Origin: a virus
DNA length: 64,000 nt
Direction: 5' to 3' (one strand)
IMG/VR virus record: IMGVR_UViG_3300032286_001377
Location: 32,001-96,000 of that record
The translations under genes and the position numbers were made by a program. Under the pieces are notes generated by a model, which was not told the origin of the DNA, did no database searches, and saw only the letters and a program-made list of their open reading frames with translations. Of the stretch, positions 48,148 through 59,500 are shown piece by piece; the stretch's first letter is position 1, and each line of letters begins with the position of its first letter.

Positions 48148-48588
48148 TTAAAATAATGAGTTATTTCTAATAATGTTAGATAATCTATCACTAGAGGAAT
48201 TTTCAGAAGTAATAGAACTGTAATTATTCATTATACTATATTTGTTATTTGAAGTAAATGATTTATTAGAAAAAGAATGACTATTATTTGAAATATGTTT
48301 ATCACTAAATCTAGCTATCTGATTTTTCTTTGAATCATATCCAACATTCTTAAACTGCAAAATAGTACTTGAACTGGCATGATAGCCTTCTAATGATCCT
48401 CTAGGAACTTTTTTTGTTTGCTTAGATGCTTGACCGCGAGATTCAGCTAAAACTTGCTTATTCGTCATCTTGGATGAAGAGATTTTCGCAGAATACTTTT
48501 GAGAATCAGCGTTACGAGAAGATGTATCTTTTGGTGTTTTACCGGCTTCGCTTAAAGATTTATTCTGATCAACAATATTACCAATCAT
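48148..48588 (-). CDS. Small basic Ser/Asn/Lys-rich hypothetical protein
   Basis: 146 aa ORF filling the gap between two large genes on the same strand; low complexity. Confidence 0.6.
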   Translation of the reverse strand: MIGNIVDQNKSLSEAGKTPKDTSSRNADSQKYSAKISSSKMTNKQVLAESRGQASKQTKKVPRGSLEGYHASSSTILQFKNVGYDSKKNQIARFSDKHISNNSHSFSNKSFTSNNKYSIMNNYSSITSENSSSDRLSNIIRNNSLF

Positions 48589-48600
48589 CTAATTCCAATC

Positions 48601-51600
48601 TCAATAAGACGACGCCAAAGAACCATAAGGATTACGGCCAACATCAGCAATCCTGTTATACATAGTAGTGGAAATATTACCGTTAACGAGTCCACCAGCT
48701 TGTTTGTTAAATTCTGAAACTGATTTCCTATCACCATATAAAGATACATTATAATTTATACCAGGATTATACCCACCCATATCTGGAGATCCAAGATTCG
48801 GGATCCTAGTTGGCATCCCACCTTCATAGGCTGAACCTCCAGGCAATAACGGTGGACCAGACATGTCATCATGAGTCCTATTCTTATAGGCCTTATATGC
48901 AAAGCTACCAACTATTAAAGCTGACATGCCAATAAGTCCTTTCTTCATTCCAGGACTACTAATTAAATCAAAATATTTGCCACCTTCTTGAATATCCTTA
49001 AGGGCAAATCTTTTATATTTTGCGGGAGTAAACATAGTTGGAACTGCGGACTCCCCTATGCCAACAGATTCAATCATTTCTTTTTCAATACGAGCAAGAT
49101 CTGGAGCACCGACTGTTTGCGCTAAGTCTGAAATAGTCCCTTGCGCATCAAGCCTCTGAGATACACTAGCTAAATCTTCCGCTACATCAGAAAAAGGAGA
49201 TTTGATCCCTTCTGCAGAAAGTCTTTCGTATTCAAGCCTAGCTCTTACAACATCCGCTTGCTGAACAGCTTGTTGACGGGCGGCATTATCAGTTATCTCA
49301 GAACTTCTTTCCGAAAGAGCCTTCAATGTATTTGACTGAAGATCCGTCAAAGTAGTACCAGAACCTGGAGCTATCAATGCGTCAGCAACATCTTTAAGAT
49401 TGTCAGCTTTAAGTTTATTAGCTGGACCGTGACCCATAATTGACAAAACACTTTGTGCATTGGCTTGATCCAAACTACGAAGATGATCCAATCTTCGCAA
49501 CTGCCTATTTGCCATAATATCAAAATGTGTCGCAGCCGCCGTATCACTCATGGAATCAACGCCTACTGCTTCTGCGACAAACCTTAACGCACCAATATCA
49601 AAACCGGCCTCTGCACCAAGTTTATCCAAAGCGTTAAAAAGACCTTTCTTTTCAACACCTGAAACCTGAGAAGCTGCATGGATATCACCAAGAACATTTT
49701 CTCCAATCTGATTTATCTTAGCAGTCCAGTTATACAACTCTAAAGCCGAACCCTCCTTCAGAACCTTAGATGTCATTGCTGAAACGGTAGCTAGATCTTG
49801 TCCGTGCTTCTGAACAATATACCTAGCTAAAGAATCTTCTGCCACAGATGACTGGGCTAATGCAAGCACTGGATTAGATTTTAGGCCAGTAAGCCCCTTT
49901 TTTCTTATAGTATCTAAATATACATCAGTCTGCCTTGCCAGATAATCTAGTTTAGATAAACTAGCAAAAGCGTGATCTCTAGAGAGAGCAACATTTTTCA
50001 TTAAAACATCTTCTATTTGTTTATCATCTCCAACTAAAGCCTTTTTGTACTGCTGCAACTCTGCTTCAATATCGGCCCTAGCTGCTACAGCTTGAAAAGC
50101 GCCAGAAGAAGTGCCTTGCATAGCATCTTCCATTCCGGCAATAATATCTTCCAAAAGCCGTTGTCTATCTCCAGCGTTCATTTTATTCTTAAGAAGAAAT
50201 TCGTCAATCCCGGCAATGGTGTTCTGATTTGTGGAACCAATAGCTCTAGTAAAGCCAATTCTCCTTCCAAGAGAAGAGATTGCAGCTTCGCCAATCGTAT
50301 TCAAACTCACGGCAGATTTTGTGCCAGCTGTTTTATATAAATCAAGAATCGCCTTACTAACTTTAGTTTCATCCAAAACTCCCATATTGTTAGTAAGATA
50401 TTGTTGAACTCCAAGATTGACAGTTTTAGAAGTAGACAAGTTAACTGTTAAGTCAATGCCTTCTTCCTGAGCAATCAGACCTGCACTATAATTTATATTC
50501 TCTGGATTTAAAAGATAGTCACGCACAGATTGGCTAGCATTCTCCAGAAAGGCAGAATACTGATCCAGTGTTGACCCAACAATCCCAGATCTATTAACAT
50601 ACATTCCAAGGTTGCCGGAATTTTGTTCTATTTTTTTCAAAGTCATTTTATCTAACGCCGAAGCAATCAATGCGCTAGATTCTCTACTGTCGGAATGATT
50701 CGCCAAGACCTCTAGCATAGAGTTGAAATCAGTAGCGGAACTAAGGCTTGATCTTAATTCATTGCTGATATTAGGTGATGCAAGTAAGCTTTGAATATCT
50801 TCTGACATATCAAACTTCGCACCAGACTCTAAAAATGCCTTATATACACCTCTTTGAGTATACTCTGGTATAATTTTTTTTCCAGATTTATCAACCAAAT
50901 CTGTTAACATCAAAGTAGAACTACCCGACTCAGCGAACCTGGCCATTCCTTCTCTAGTTAAAGTGTATGAATTTCCAACTCTTTCAGATACTGCCACAAT
51001 AGCTGACTCAATTTCATCTGGATTTTTTATTCGGAGAGTTCTATTTCCTTTTGTTGGAGTGAATTCTATAACATCTTGCAACTGTGCGAATTTTGCTGCA
51101 TCAGCGCCAGTAATATTATTTTGAGCATTTTCTTGCATGATGGCTGCTAATGCATTTTTAAACCTATCATTACCAAACATACTTTTGATTGATTCTTGGT
51201 CCATATTCATTCTCATAAAAATAAATTCTTCTGGACCTGATGGTTGACGGAAAGATAGAAATCCAAGTCTTTTCATTCCAGCGCTATCTTCAAATGTAAC
51301 AGTTCTTGCTATACCTTTATCGTCTAGGTCGAATCCACCAAGAGAGTGATGGAATTGACCAACAGCTATATTAGGAATAAACATTGTATGACCTTTAATT
51401 CTAAACTTTAGAGCATCTGTGGACATCCTGTTTCCGCCACTTCCAAATAAATCTAAAGTCTCAAAACCATATGAACCATTTCTGCTATTTCCTAAAAGAT
51501 ACCCTGCATCCGTGGTGCCCATCAGTCCTCTTTCGGTATTGATGGCAAACCTATGTGTCTCAGGAAGTGCTGGCTCAAAAAAGGACACACCGTTACCATA

Positions 51601-53586
51601 TCCTTTTTCTTTGAAAGCCATAGTAGCAGTTGCTGTATGTAGCAAACTCATCAAATATGGAGAATCCTTTGGACTGGCTCCAGAGTGGAGCATGTCCATA
51701 ATAGATTGGGCAAACTCTTTATTTCTAGCTCCAGAAAGTCTCTTGCTCACTGGAAGAGATTCAATATCAGCGGATGCCTGATATTCTAACATTTTTCTTA
51801 ACTTTTCCGGAACAATTCCACTTTCAATCGACTCTCTGAATTGTTGAACAACCTCATCTTGATTTCGTTTAATTATATCTATGCTTCCAGGATCAGTGAA
51901 AAGTTGAGCATTAAAAGCTGCAGCAACGGGATCTACATAAACAGTTTCATTTTTTCTACCAATACCACTTAATATAAGACTTTCTATATCACCAGCTATT
52001 CCAGATTCACCCTTTACGGAATGTCTGCTTATAACCATTGCGTAACCTTCAAGATTTGGATCAAATTTACTATCTAATCCAAAAGCGTTTTTGATATTAA
52101 GAAACCTATCCACTGCTCCAGTATAAGTTCTTCCTCTGCCAGTCACCTGAGAATAATCGCCAGATGAAAGTCTGGCTATTTTATCATCTAACTCACTCAT
52201 TATCGCTAGAGCTTTTTGCTTTTTGTGCGCATCAGAAGTAGATCCAAGCTGTGTGGCTATATCCTTTTTTTGAGCTCTTAATTGAGCTATGTATGTATTT
52301 AAGAATTTTTTATTCATTATATCTGCACCATCGAAAGACTTTTCAATACTCTCAAAAAGACCTTCAATAGCTGCAGAACGAGTAGCAGATCTGCTAGGAT
52401 CAGAAACAGCAAAACCTGCTTTTAAATGCTCTTTAAGTTCCTTGCCTAAAAATTTGTTTCCAGTACCACCAGGAAAATTAGTTATTGCTTGTTGAAGTTC
52501 AGATGTCTCAGATTGAGTAAGTGCATTTTCGGTAAAACTACCTAAAATACCTCTAACCTCTTTATCTGCGTTCATGCTCTTATAATAGGCTTGCAAAGCT
52601 TTATTGCCATCAAAATTATAATGTCTTCCATGAGCAAACTTTTTCAAAATTTCATATTCAGGATCAACAAATAAAGTTATATCCGATAACCTGCCTGATT
52701 GACCTAGTTTTGATTTAGTGCTTTTAGAAAATTTTTTAACCAAATCAGAGAGTTCATCTCCGGCCAAAGATATCTCTCTTGGGGCCAAATATGCTCTTTG
52801 TCTCTTTCCTATTTTTTCTACCATTTTAGCCAAAGCTTCACCAGTTCTTTCGCCAGTTGAACTAGGCCCCAGAGCATCAAGAAGATCTCCTTCATCATAA
52901 AATCCGTGACCGGTCATTGATAAAATAAGATTTGTTTGATATGTATCTAAAGATTTTCCACCATTAACTAAACTCAATATTCTCGCACCTTCATCGTCTG
53001 GCATAACAATTCCATCAACCATTCCAGATTGTTGCATTCTTTGAATTTGAGCAATTAACTCTGATGGAGAACCCTTCTTCTCCATTGTGTAAAGTCTTAG
53101 TTCAAGGTCTGAAAGATCTCCAACATTTATATTCGCTTTTCTTAAAACTTCTAAGTCATCAGAAGAAAGACTCCGCAGCTTTGTATGCATGTCTTCAAAT
53201 ATATTTCTTGCCGCACCATAGTTATCTGAAGATCGCGATGCTCTTTCCATGGCTTTACTTAAAGAGTCTGGAACGAAAGAAGTTCTCTTTCCAAAAACTT
53301 TTACATCAGCGATAGCCATCTGATTCACCTCATCGACGGCGTCTTCCATTGTATCCATTTTTTGACCTGTTGTGGCTATAACAAATTTAATCTTAGAACC
53401 AGGATCTGTTGACTCTGGTTCCAGTTTAATAAGACCACCTCTACCGTATGGAGTAAGTTTAAGTGCAGCTTCTGCTGCAGACATCCTTTTAGCTAAAGTA
53501 TCATAAACTGTATTCACATTAAAAACAGGATTACTCAACCGTTCTCTTTTGCGAAATTCTCTAATAACATCTTTAATATCTCTCAT
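48601..53586 (-). CDS. Tape-measure-associated protein; candidate single-chain two-barrel virion RNA polymerase
   Basis: 1661 aa; motifs FDG, QVTGR..IK, HSVK, GGFDLDD, RQP, NLGMYVN, QEEGID; C-terminal TM segment; ATGA overlap with the tape-measure gene. Confidence 0.55.
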   Translation of the reverse strand: MRDIKDVIREFRKRERLSNPVFNVNTVYDTLAKRMSAAEAALKLTPYGRGGLIKLEPESTDPGSKIKFVIATTGQKMDTMEDAVDEVNQMAIADVKVFGKRTSFVPDSLSKAMERASRSSDNYGAARNIFEDMHTKLRSLSSDDLEVLRKANINVGDLSDLELRLYTMEKKGSPSELIAQIQRMQQSGMVDGIVMPDDEGARILSLVNGGKSLDTYQTNLILSMTGHGFYDEGDLLDALGPSSTGERTGEALAKMVEKIGKRQRAYLAPREISLAGDELSDLVKKFSKSTKSKLGQSGRLSDITLFVDPEYEILKKFAHGRHYNFDGNKALQAYYKSMNADKEVRGILGSFTENALTQSETSELQQAITNFPGGTGNKFLGKELKEHLKAGFAVSDPSRSATRSAAIEGLFESIEKSFDGADIMNKKFLNTYIAQLRAQKKDIATQLGSTSDAHKKQKALAIMSELDDKIARLSSGDYSQVTGRGRTYTGAVDRFLNIKNAFGLDSKFDPNLEGYAMVISRHSVKGESGIAGDIESLILSGIGRKNETVYVDPVAAAFNAQLFTDPGSIDIIKRNQDEVVQQFRESIESGIVPEKLRKMLEYQASADIESLPVSKRLSGARNKEFAQSIMDMLHSGASPKDSPYLMSLLHTATATMAFKEKGYGNGVSFFEPALPETHRFAINTERGLMGTTDAGYLLGNSRNGSYGFETLDLFGSGGNRMSTDALKFRIKGHTMFIPNIAVGQFHHSLGGFDLDDKGIARTVTFEDSAGMKRLGFLSFRQPSGPEEFIFMRMNMDQESIKSMFGNDRFKNALAAIMQENAQNNITGADAAKFAQLQDVIEFTPTKGNRTLRIKNPDEIESAIVAVSERVGNSYTLTREGMARFAESGSSTLMLTDLVDKSGKKIIPEYTQRGVYKAFLESGAKFDMSEDIQSLLASPNISNELRSSLSSATDFNSMLEVLANHSDSRESSALIASALDKMTLKKIEQNSGNLGMYVNRSGIVGSTLDQYSAFLENASQSVRDYLLNPENINYSAGLIAQEEGIDLTVNLSTSKTVNLGVQQYLTNNMGVLDETKVSKAILDLYKTAGTKSAVSLNTIGEAAISSLGRRIGFTRAIGSTNQNTIAGIDEFLLKNKMNAGDRQRLLEDIIAGMEDAMQGTSSGAFQAVAARADIEAELQQYKKALVGDDKQIEDVLMKNVALSRDHAFASLSKLDYLARQTDVYLDTIRKKGLTGLKSNPVLALAQSSVAEDSLARYIVQKHGQDLATVSAMTSKVLKEGSALELYNWTAKINQIGENVLGDIHAASQVSGVEKKGLFNALDKLGAEAGFDIGALRFVAEAVGVDSMSDTAAATHFDIMANRQLRRLDHLRSLDQANAQSVLSIMGHGPANKLKADNLKDVADALIAPGSGTTLTDLQSNTLKALSERSSEITDNAARQQAVQQADVVRARLEYERLSAEGIKSPFSDVAEDLASVSQRLDAQGTISDLAQTVGAPDLARIEKEMIESVGIGESAVPTMFTPAKYKRFALKDIQEGGKYFDLISSPGMKKGLIGMSALIVGSFAYKAYKNRTHDDMSGPPLLPGGSAYEGGMPTRIPNLGSPDMGGYNPGINYNVSLYGDRKSVSEFNKQAGGLVNGNISTTMYNRIADVGRNPYGSLASSY

Positions 53587-56500
53587 CGCACTCCAGCAGA
53601 AACGCTAATTTGTTGCGAGCCGAATGGAGTACTCACAGGCGTAATGGTTCCAGTAACCCCGGTTCCAGCCATCAGTCTTTCCAATCTAGCCCTAATATCT
53701 CCTCTACTACTAGTACCAAAGAAATCTGGATAACTGGCATTTGCGAGATTTGCTTCCTTGATTTGCTGCGGATAATATCCCATTTGAGACATATCCAATC
53801 CCATATGCTGGCCTGTTTTAATTTTGACTTGATCTAAGTTAGTATTAGGATTCCAGCCTTCCCAATCTTCACTGGGGAGTTCATGACTAGTAAAGTATTC
53901 ATCCAAATCAGGAAGTTTTTCAACATCCATACCCCAAGCTGCTTCGTACATTCTTCTCTCAAGTCTTCCAGCGGTTGAAAGTATTTTTCCTCTTTCCTGA
54001 ACTGGTGCGTCCATCATTGCCTTAAAATGTTCTCTTTTACGTTTTGGTAAAGCGAATGATAGATTTTCAACATTAGGATTATCAATATTTGCACCATACA
54101 TGGTACGTCTAGCAGCAGATCTAAACTGAGTGGCAGCTGCCATATCACCAGAAGCTGAAGCCATATTAGCAAGTCGGGTGTTCTTAACATAACTTAAGAT
54201 ATCAGAATATTCCTCAAGAGCTAATTCTTCTTTCCTTTTCTTTGGAATATATCTTTCTCCAGAAATAAACTCCTGAACCTTTCCGCCAGTTGATGACAAA
54301 GCACCCGCTGCACCTCCGACAACAGTACCAAAAAGTTTTGCTCTTGGAGTTCTACCGAAAAAGGCACCCGTTGTTGCTAACGCTGCAGATGCAAGAAGTG
54401 GATTCCTTTGAGTACTTTCTTGCAACATTGGTTTAATGTAACTTTCTACCGGATTCTGCCATTGCGGGAAAGTAGTTCCATAAACGTTGCTTCTCTCCCA
54501 ATCCTCTAAGGCCGTTCTTTTTCCAATAGCTTTTGTTAAGATAAAGTTATCGGAGTGAGCTAGCATCTCCCCAATTCTTCCCATCCCAAATTTAATTGGA
54601 TGCATCGCAGCTTCTTCTGGGCTTGAATACTTATATTTATATTCAGAAAAATCATGACGTACAGTCGTATCTTCAGCTTGCTGTCTAATTGTAGCAACTT
54701 CGACTTTTTCCTCTGGAGTTAAAGCCTTTTTATTTATTAAAGAATTAACTCGTTTGAACTGCTGCGAATATGGTGCAACATCACCAAGAATATTTAACTG
54801 ATCTATTAATCCATATCTTCCAGTTTCATCTGGATGTAATTTATTAAATCTTTCATAAGCTACACCAGGAAGTCTTAATTCGCCTTCTTGAACTTTAGTA
54901 AAAGGGTCTCCAGTTCTAAAGTTCATATAATACTCTGCGCCAGGAAGCCATGGATTTTCTTTACCCATCCTATTTTGAATAGGATTTAAGTAATCTACAC
55001 CAGTTCTATCTTTTGGAATAAATCTTCTAACTATTTCAGAAAATTCAATATTACCAATACCTTCAGATCCGCCAATTGGAACGTCACCTAAACCACCAAG
55101 ATTTAAATCCCAGAATGCTCTAGATGAGCCATAAGCTTTACTAGCAGACTGTAAGACTGCTCTTTGTGGATCTAAATCAGATTTTCCAAAACCCAAACTT
55201 TCACGAGCAGATCCGAAAGCAAAACCATAAATACCTAACATTTCTTGAGCGCGATATCCTGCTTCGGTTGCTTGAAATTCACTTCTTCCCGGCATGAGGG
55301 GGGTTCCGGAAGGTACAATTCTAGGATTCATAACCTTAGAAACTTTAGGTGGACCATAGGCTAGTTGTGAATATCCAGAGTTTATGTCTGAAATCTTATT
55401 TCTTGTCATGCCTCTTGCCATAAACGTGCTACCGGCACGTGATGCCATATCACTATTGTATTGTCCTTGGTATCCGCCACCGCCAAATCCAGACGATCCA
55501 CCACCAAAGCCAAATCCACCTCCATATCCACCACCTCCATATCCGCCACCGCCGCCATATCCTCCGACTTGCGTGCTAGATGTATACGCAGTAGCATCAT
55601 ATGCTCCAAACTGACCTGCAGGAGCATAAGAAGCTAATCCTGCTGTTAATTCTTCTCCGTGCATGATCTTTTGTGGTTTTAGTATTCTTCCTAATGTAGC
55701 ATTTGCGATAGGCACGAGGGGTCCAAATGGGCCAGAAAAATATTCTCCAGTTACAGGATATGGTCTATCTTCATAATGCTTGCGTTCAAATCTATAAGGA
55801 TCTAATGGTCTCAATGGAGAAATATCATTATCGAACAAGAATTTTTCAGCCGGACTACCATATGTATCGCTGGTAAACATGGCTCCACCTTGAAGTTTTC
55901 GATACCAAGATGGGCGATAATACATAATCTTTCCGCCCTTAAAAGGAGTATTTCCCAATGGCCAGAAGCGACCTTGCCGAATTGGAACCTCTCCCTCAAC
56001 TAACTGTTCTCTTTTTTCCTGATAGCTCATTCCACCAGGAATAAGTCCAGCTGCAGCAGCGTGAGCTTCCACTCCAACCTTTGCAGCGGTGCCAAGAACA
56101 AGTGGAGAATATACCCTTTCTCCATTTTCATCTTTTTCATTGACCATTCCTCCCATTGTTCTGTCTATTGTCATAGCTGCGGTACCTGCCGCATATAATG
56201 GGAGAACTCTCTTTCCAGCCATTCCTCTAGCGAATAAATCTAGAGGACCATTAAACTTGGATACATCTAACTGCATACCTAAAGTTCCGAAGTACCTGTT
56301 TAATCTTTCTACACCCTGAGACGCTGGAACGCTAGCTAATGAAAATGATTCTGGATCAGAATAAGTTGTAAGCCCTAACGCACTCTTTATTGCGCCCTGT
56401 GGATTTCTTCCAAATACTGTACCAAAGGTTGGAACTAAAGTAGTATATTGTCCAGACCCTAATGGATCAGTAGTCATGCTATCTGGCCTATATGGAGCCG

Positions 56501-59500
56501 TTCCAAATGCTCTTTTAGCTGGCGTTAAAAGAGGCGAAAATCTTTTTCGAATCGATCCACCAATTTGAGCTATATCACCCTTAATGAATGGGTCATACAA
56601 ACTTTTTGCACCGGGCGCTGAACTCAAACCCATAGCCTGAGTAATAGCTAGACGGGCACTTTGAATGTTAGAGTCCCCCTGCTTATAGCTCATATAAGAA
56701 CTAAGATTGAAAAGAGTACCCAACCCAGCAGCTTGTGCTTCAGTTCTCTGAGCTGGACTAATCGCACCAGACTTAACAAGATCATCTACTGCTGTCTGAA
56801 TCTTTATAAAGATTTCATCTTTATTAACACTACCAGAAGTTAACTGATTTGATTGAGCAATATATCTAAAAATTTCATTTTTTAATTCATCATATTTAGT
56901 AGAAATAGTAGGAGATTTTTGAGCCATCATCGAAACAGCACTTAGGTCAGCCTCATCCATTAGTCTACTCATTCTGGAAGCTGAAGAAAGAATTGGTGTT
57001 GGATCTTGCCCTGACGATCTCAATTGCCTAGCTAACTGAGACTGAGTTTTTTCAATTTGCCTACCAAAATCAATTAAATCCTGATGACTCTGTATCTCAG
57101 AAACGCCTTTGCCTCTAAAAGTAAATAAATCTGGAGTCTTATCTTCAAGCTCTTTCATCAACTTAACTGGCATCCCGGCTTCAGATAGTGTTCTATCTCT
57201 TAATGACGAATACGCCCTTATTAAATCAGCCTCCTGGAATCCAGAGATTATATTATTAGATCTATCTACAAGAGAAATAGATCCATCCGGCATCGTGGTC
57301 AACCGTCCCGAAGTTTTAGCAGCACCTCTCGCTCCTGGTATTGCAATTTCTTCTCCAGCCAACAATCTTGACATAACTTCAGGATTATATGGATCATAAT
57401 TTCTTCTTCTAAATCGAGATAACTGACCAAAAATAGAATTAGGCTGATCTGAACTAACCGCCATTCTATCTCTAATCTTCAACATCCTATCTTGACCAGA
57501 AGGACTTAGTATTCTATTCAAAAAATTAGAATTTAATTCCTCCCTAATCTGCTCAGGATTCGCACCCTGCAGATCAGAGGCATAACGTGTATGCCTGGTC
57601 AGTAAATCCATAGCATTAGTCGGCAATGCGCGATAAGAACCCTTAAGAGTTTCACTAACTAACTCTCCAGTATTTTCATCAGTCCTAAAAGCAGTAACAG
57701 CGCCTTTCAATCCTTTAGTTCTATTGAACATATAGAAGTCAGGACGCACTGCCCCTTCTTCCAAAAATGGTTGCACAGATCTGGAAGAAATATATTGAAC
57801 AGATGGTCTTCTATACATCTCTTTAAAAGAATTGTATCCAACAAGATCTGTTGGATTAAAACCTAAAATAGGAATCTTAAACTCTGATGCTAAAAAGTTA
57901 CCAATACTAGACGCCGTTGACCTAAGAGCAGTGAAGTCAAGTATTTCACCACGACCGCTCTTATAGACGCCATCTAATCTACTTAAGCCTATTGACTTTG
58001 AAACAGGGTCCTGAATAGCCATTCTTCCAGCAAGCTGTCGAATGATGGCCTGGTCTTCATCGGGAATATGTTTGAACATTCCACGATCTTGCGCCTCGTC
58101 AATTGTAACTTGCTGTAATCCAAAAAGATTTTGACCACCACTAAAAACACCTGATGTCATCTTCTTATTCTTAATCAAGAATGCACGCAAATCAGTAAAA
58201 TTACTAGGATCTATACCACGATTTCTAAGCTGATCAAGAACCATATCATTGGTAACCATTTGACCATTTTGATGCGTCAGTTTAATACCTAATGTTTCAG
58301 CAGTTTTTCTCTGCATGAACTCTAGCTTTGCGTCGGTTGGCTCGCCAATGAAATCTTGATAAAGAGCTTTCTTTGGCTTTAAAATCCCGCCTGCAGCTTG
58401 ATGCAGATCTTCTCTTTGGAACTTATTCCAAGAATTTGCAATACGATTATTTAAACGCTTTTGAAACTCCGTACTAGTGAAAGCATTTCTTGATCTTTCT
58501 ATTGCATCAGCTAAAGCATCAGCGTTAAAGTTTGGATTCTCTACAAGATTTTTACTACCTTTTATTTGACTATATCTTTTGATTATCTGACCAAAAAAAT
58601 CTTCAGATTCAGACTTAGCTGTCGAACCCTGCTCTAATATCTGAGCTTTTCCAATAGAAACAATCTTAGTCATATCGCTAGTTGACCCAGGTATAGATAC
58701 CTCTAAATGCGCAATAAATCGTTCCGCGTCACGCTTATTGATACCTTTATTAATTAACTGTTTTTCAAGTAAATCTTTATAGGCGTCCGTTTGCATGCCA
58801 TTATTAAATTGGCTCTTAGCAAATGTTTCAGAACCAGGGCCTCCACCACCAAGTATTCTAATATCTTTAGCTAAATTAGACAATCTTGATGAGTGCTGAG
58901 ACTGAATCTTTTTAATAGATTCCGCTAAAGCATTCTGCCCATTATTGCCAGTAAAAATTCTAGAATTATCAATAACCTTCTTAAATGCCATAGGACTTTG
59001 CATGGCATCATAAGCCTCACCAAGGCCCTTAAATTCCTTTACGCCGACTGATATAGCAGAACTGGTACCCCTGAAGGCGGGAATGAGGTCTATTGCTGAA
59101 CCGTATTTTTGCTGTCCATCAGAATATCCTGTAAAAAGATTTTTAAATTGAGTCTTCCTCAACTCCGCTTTAGAGGAGTTGGTCAACAAAGCCTTCTCTT
59201 GAGCCTTATCCCACCCCGCCCTCAGGTTATGCAAGGTTTGAACAAAACCTGATTCTTGCGTTCTAAATTCAGTAGCGGCAGCATTGAAAGCGCCAGATGT
59301 TTGAGCACCTTTTTTCAAAAGTTTATTTGTCAGAGAAGCAAAATCGTGACCAACTTCAGCGAGAACTTCAGATACGTTAACAAAATTCTGATGGAGCTTT
59401 TGCCTAGCCGGTGTTAAACTTCTAATATCAGACTCTGCATACTTGAGTGTATGAATAGAACTTTTTAAAGTAGTTCCCGCCGCGCCTGCTGCCTCAAATG

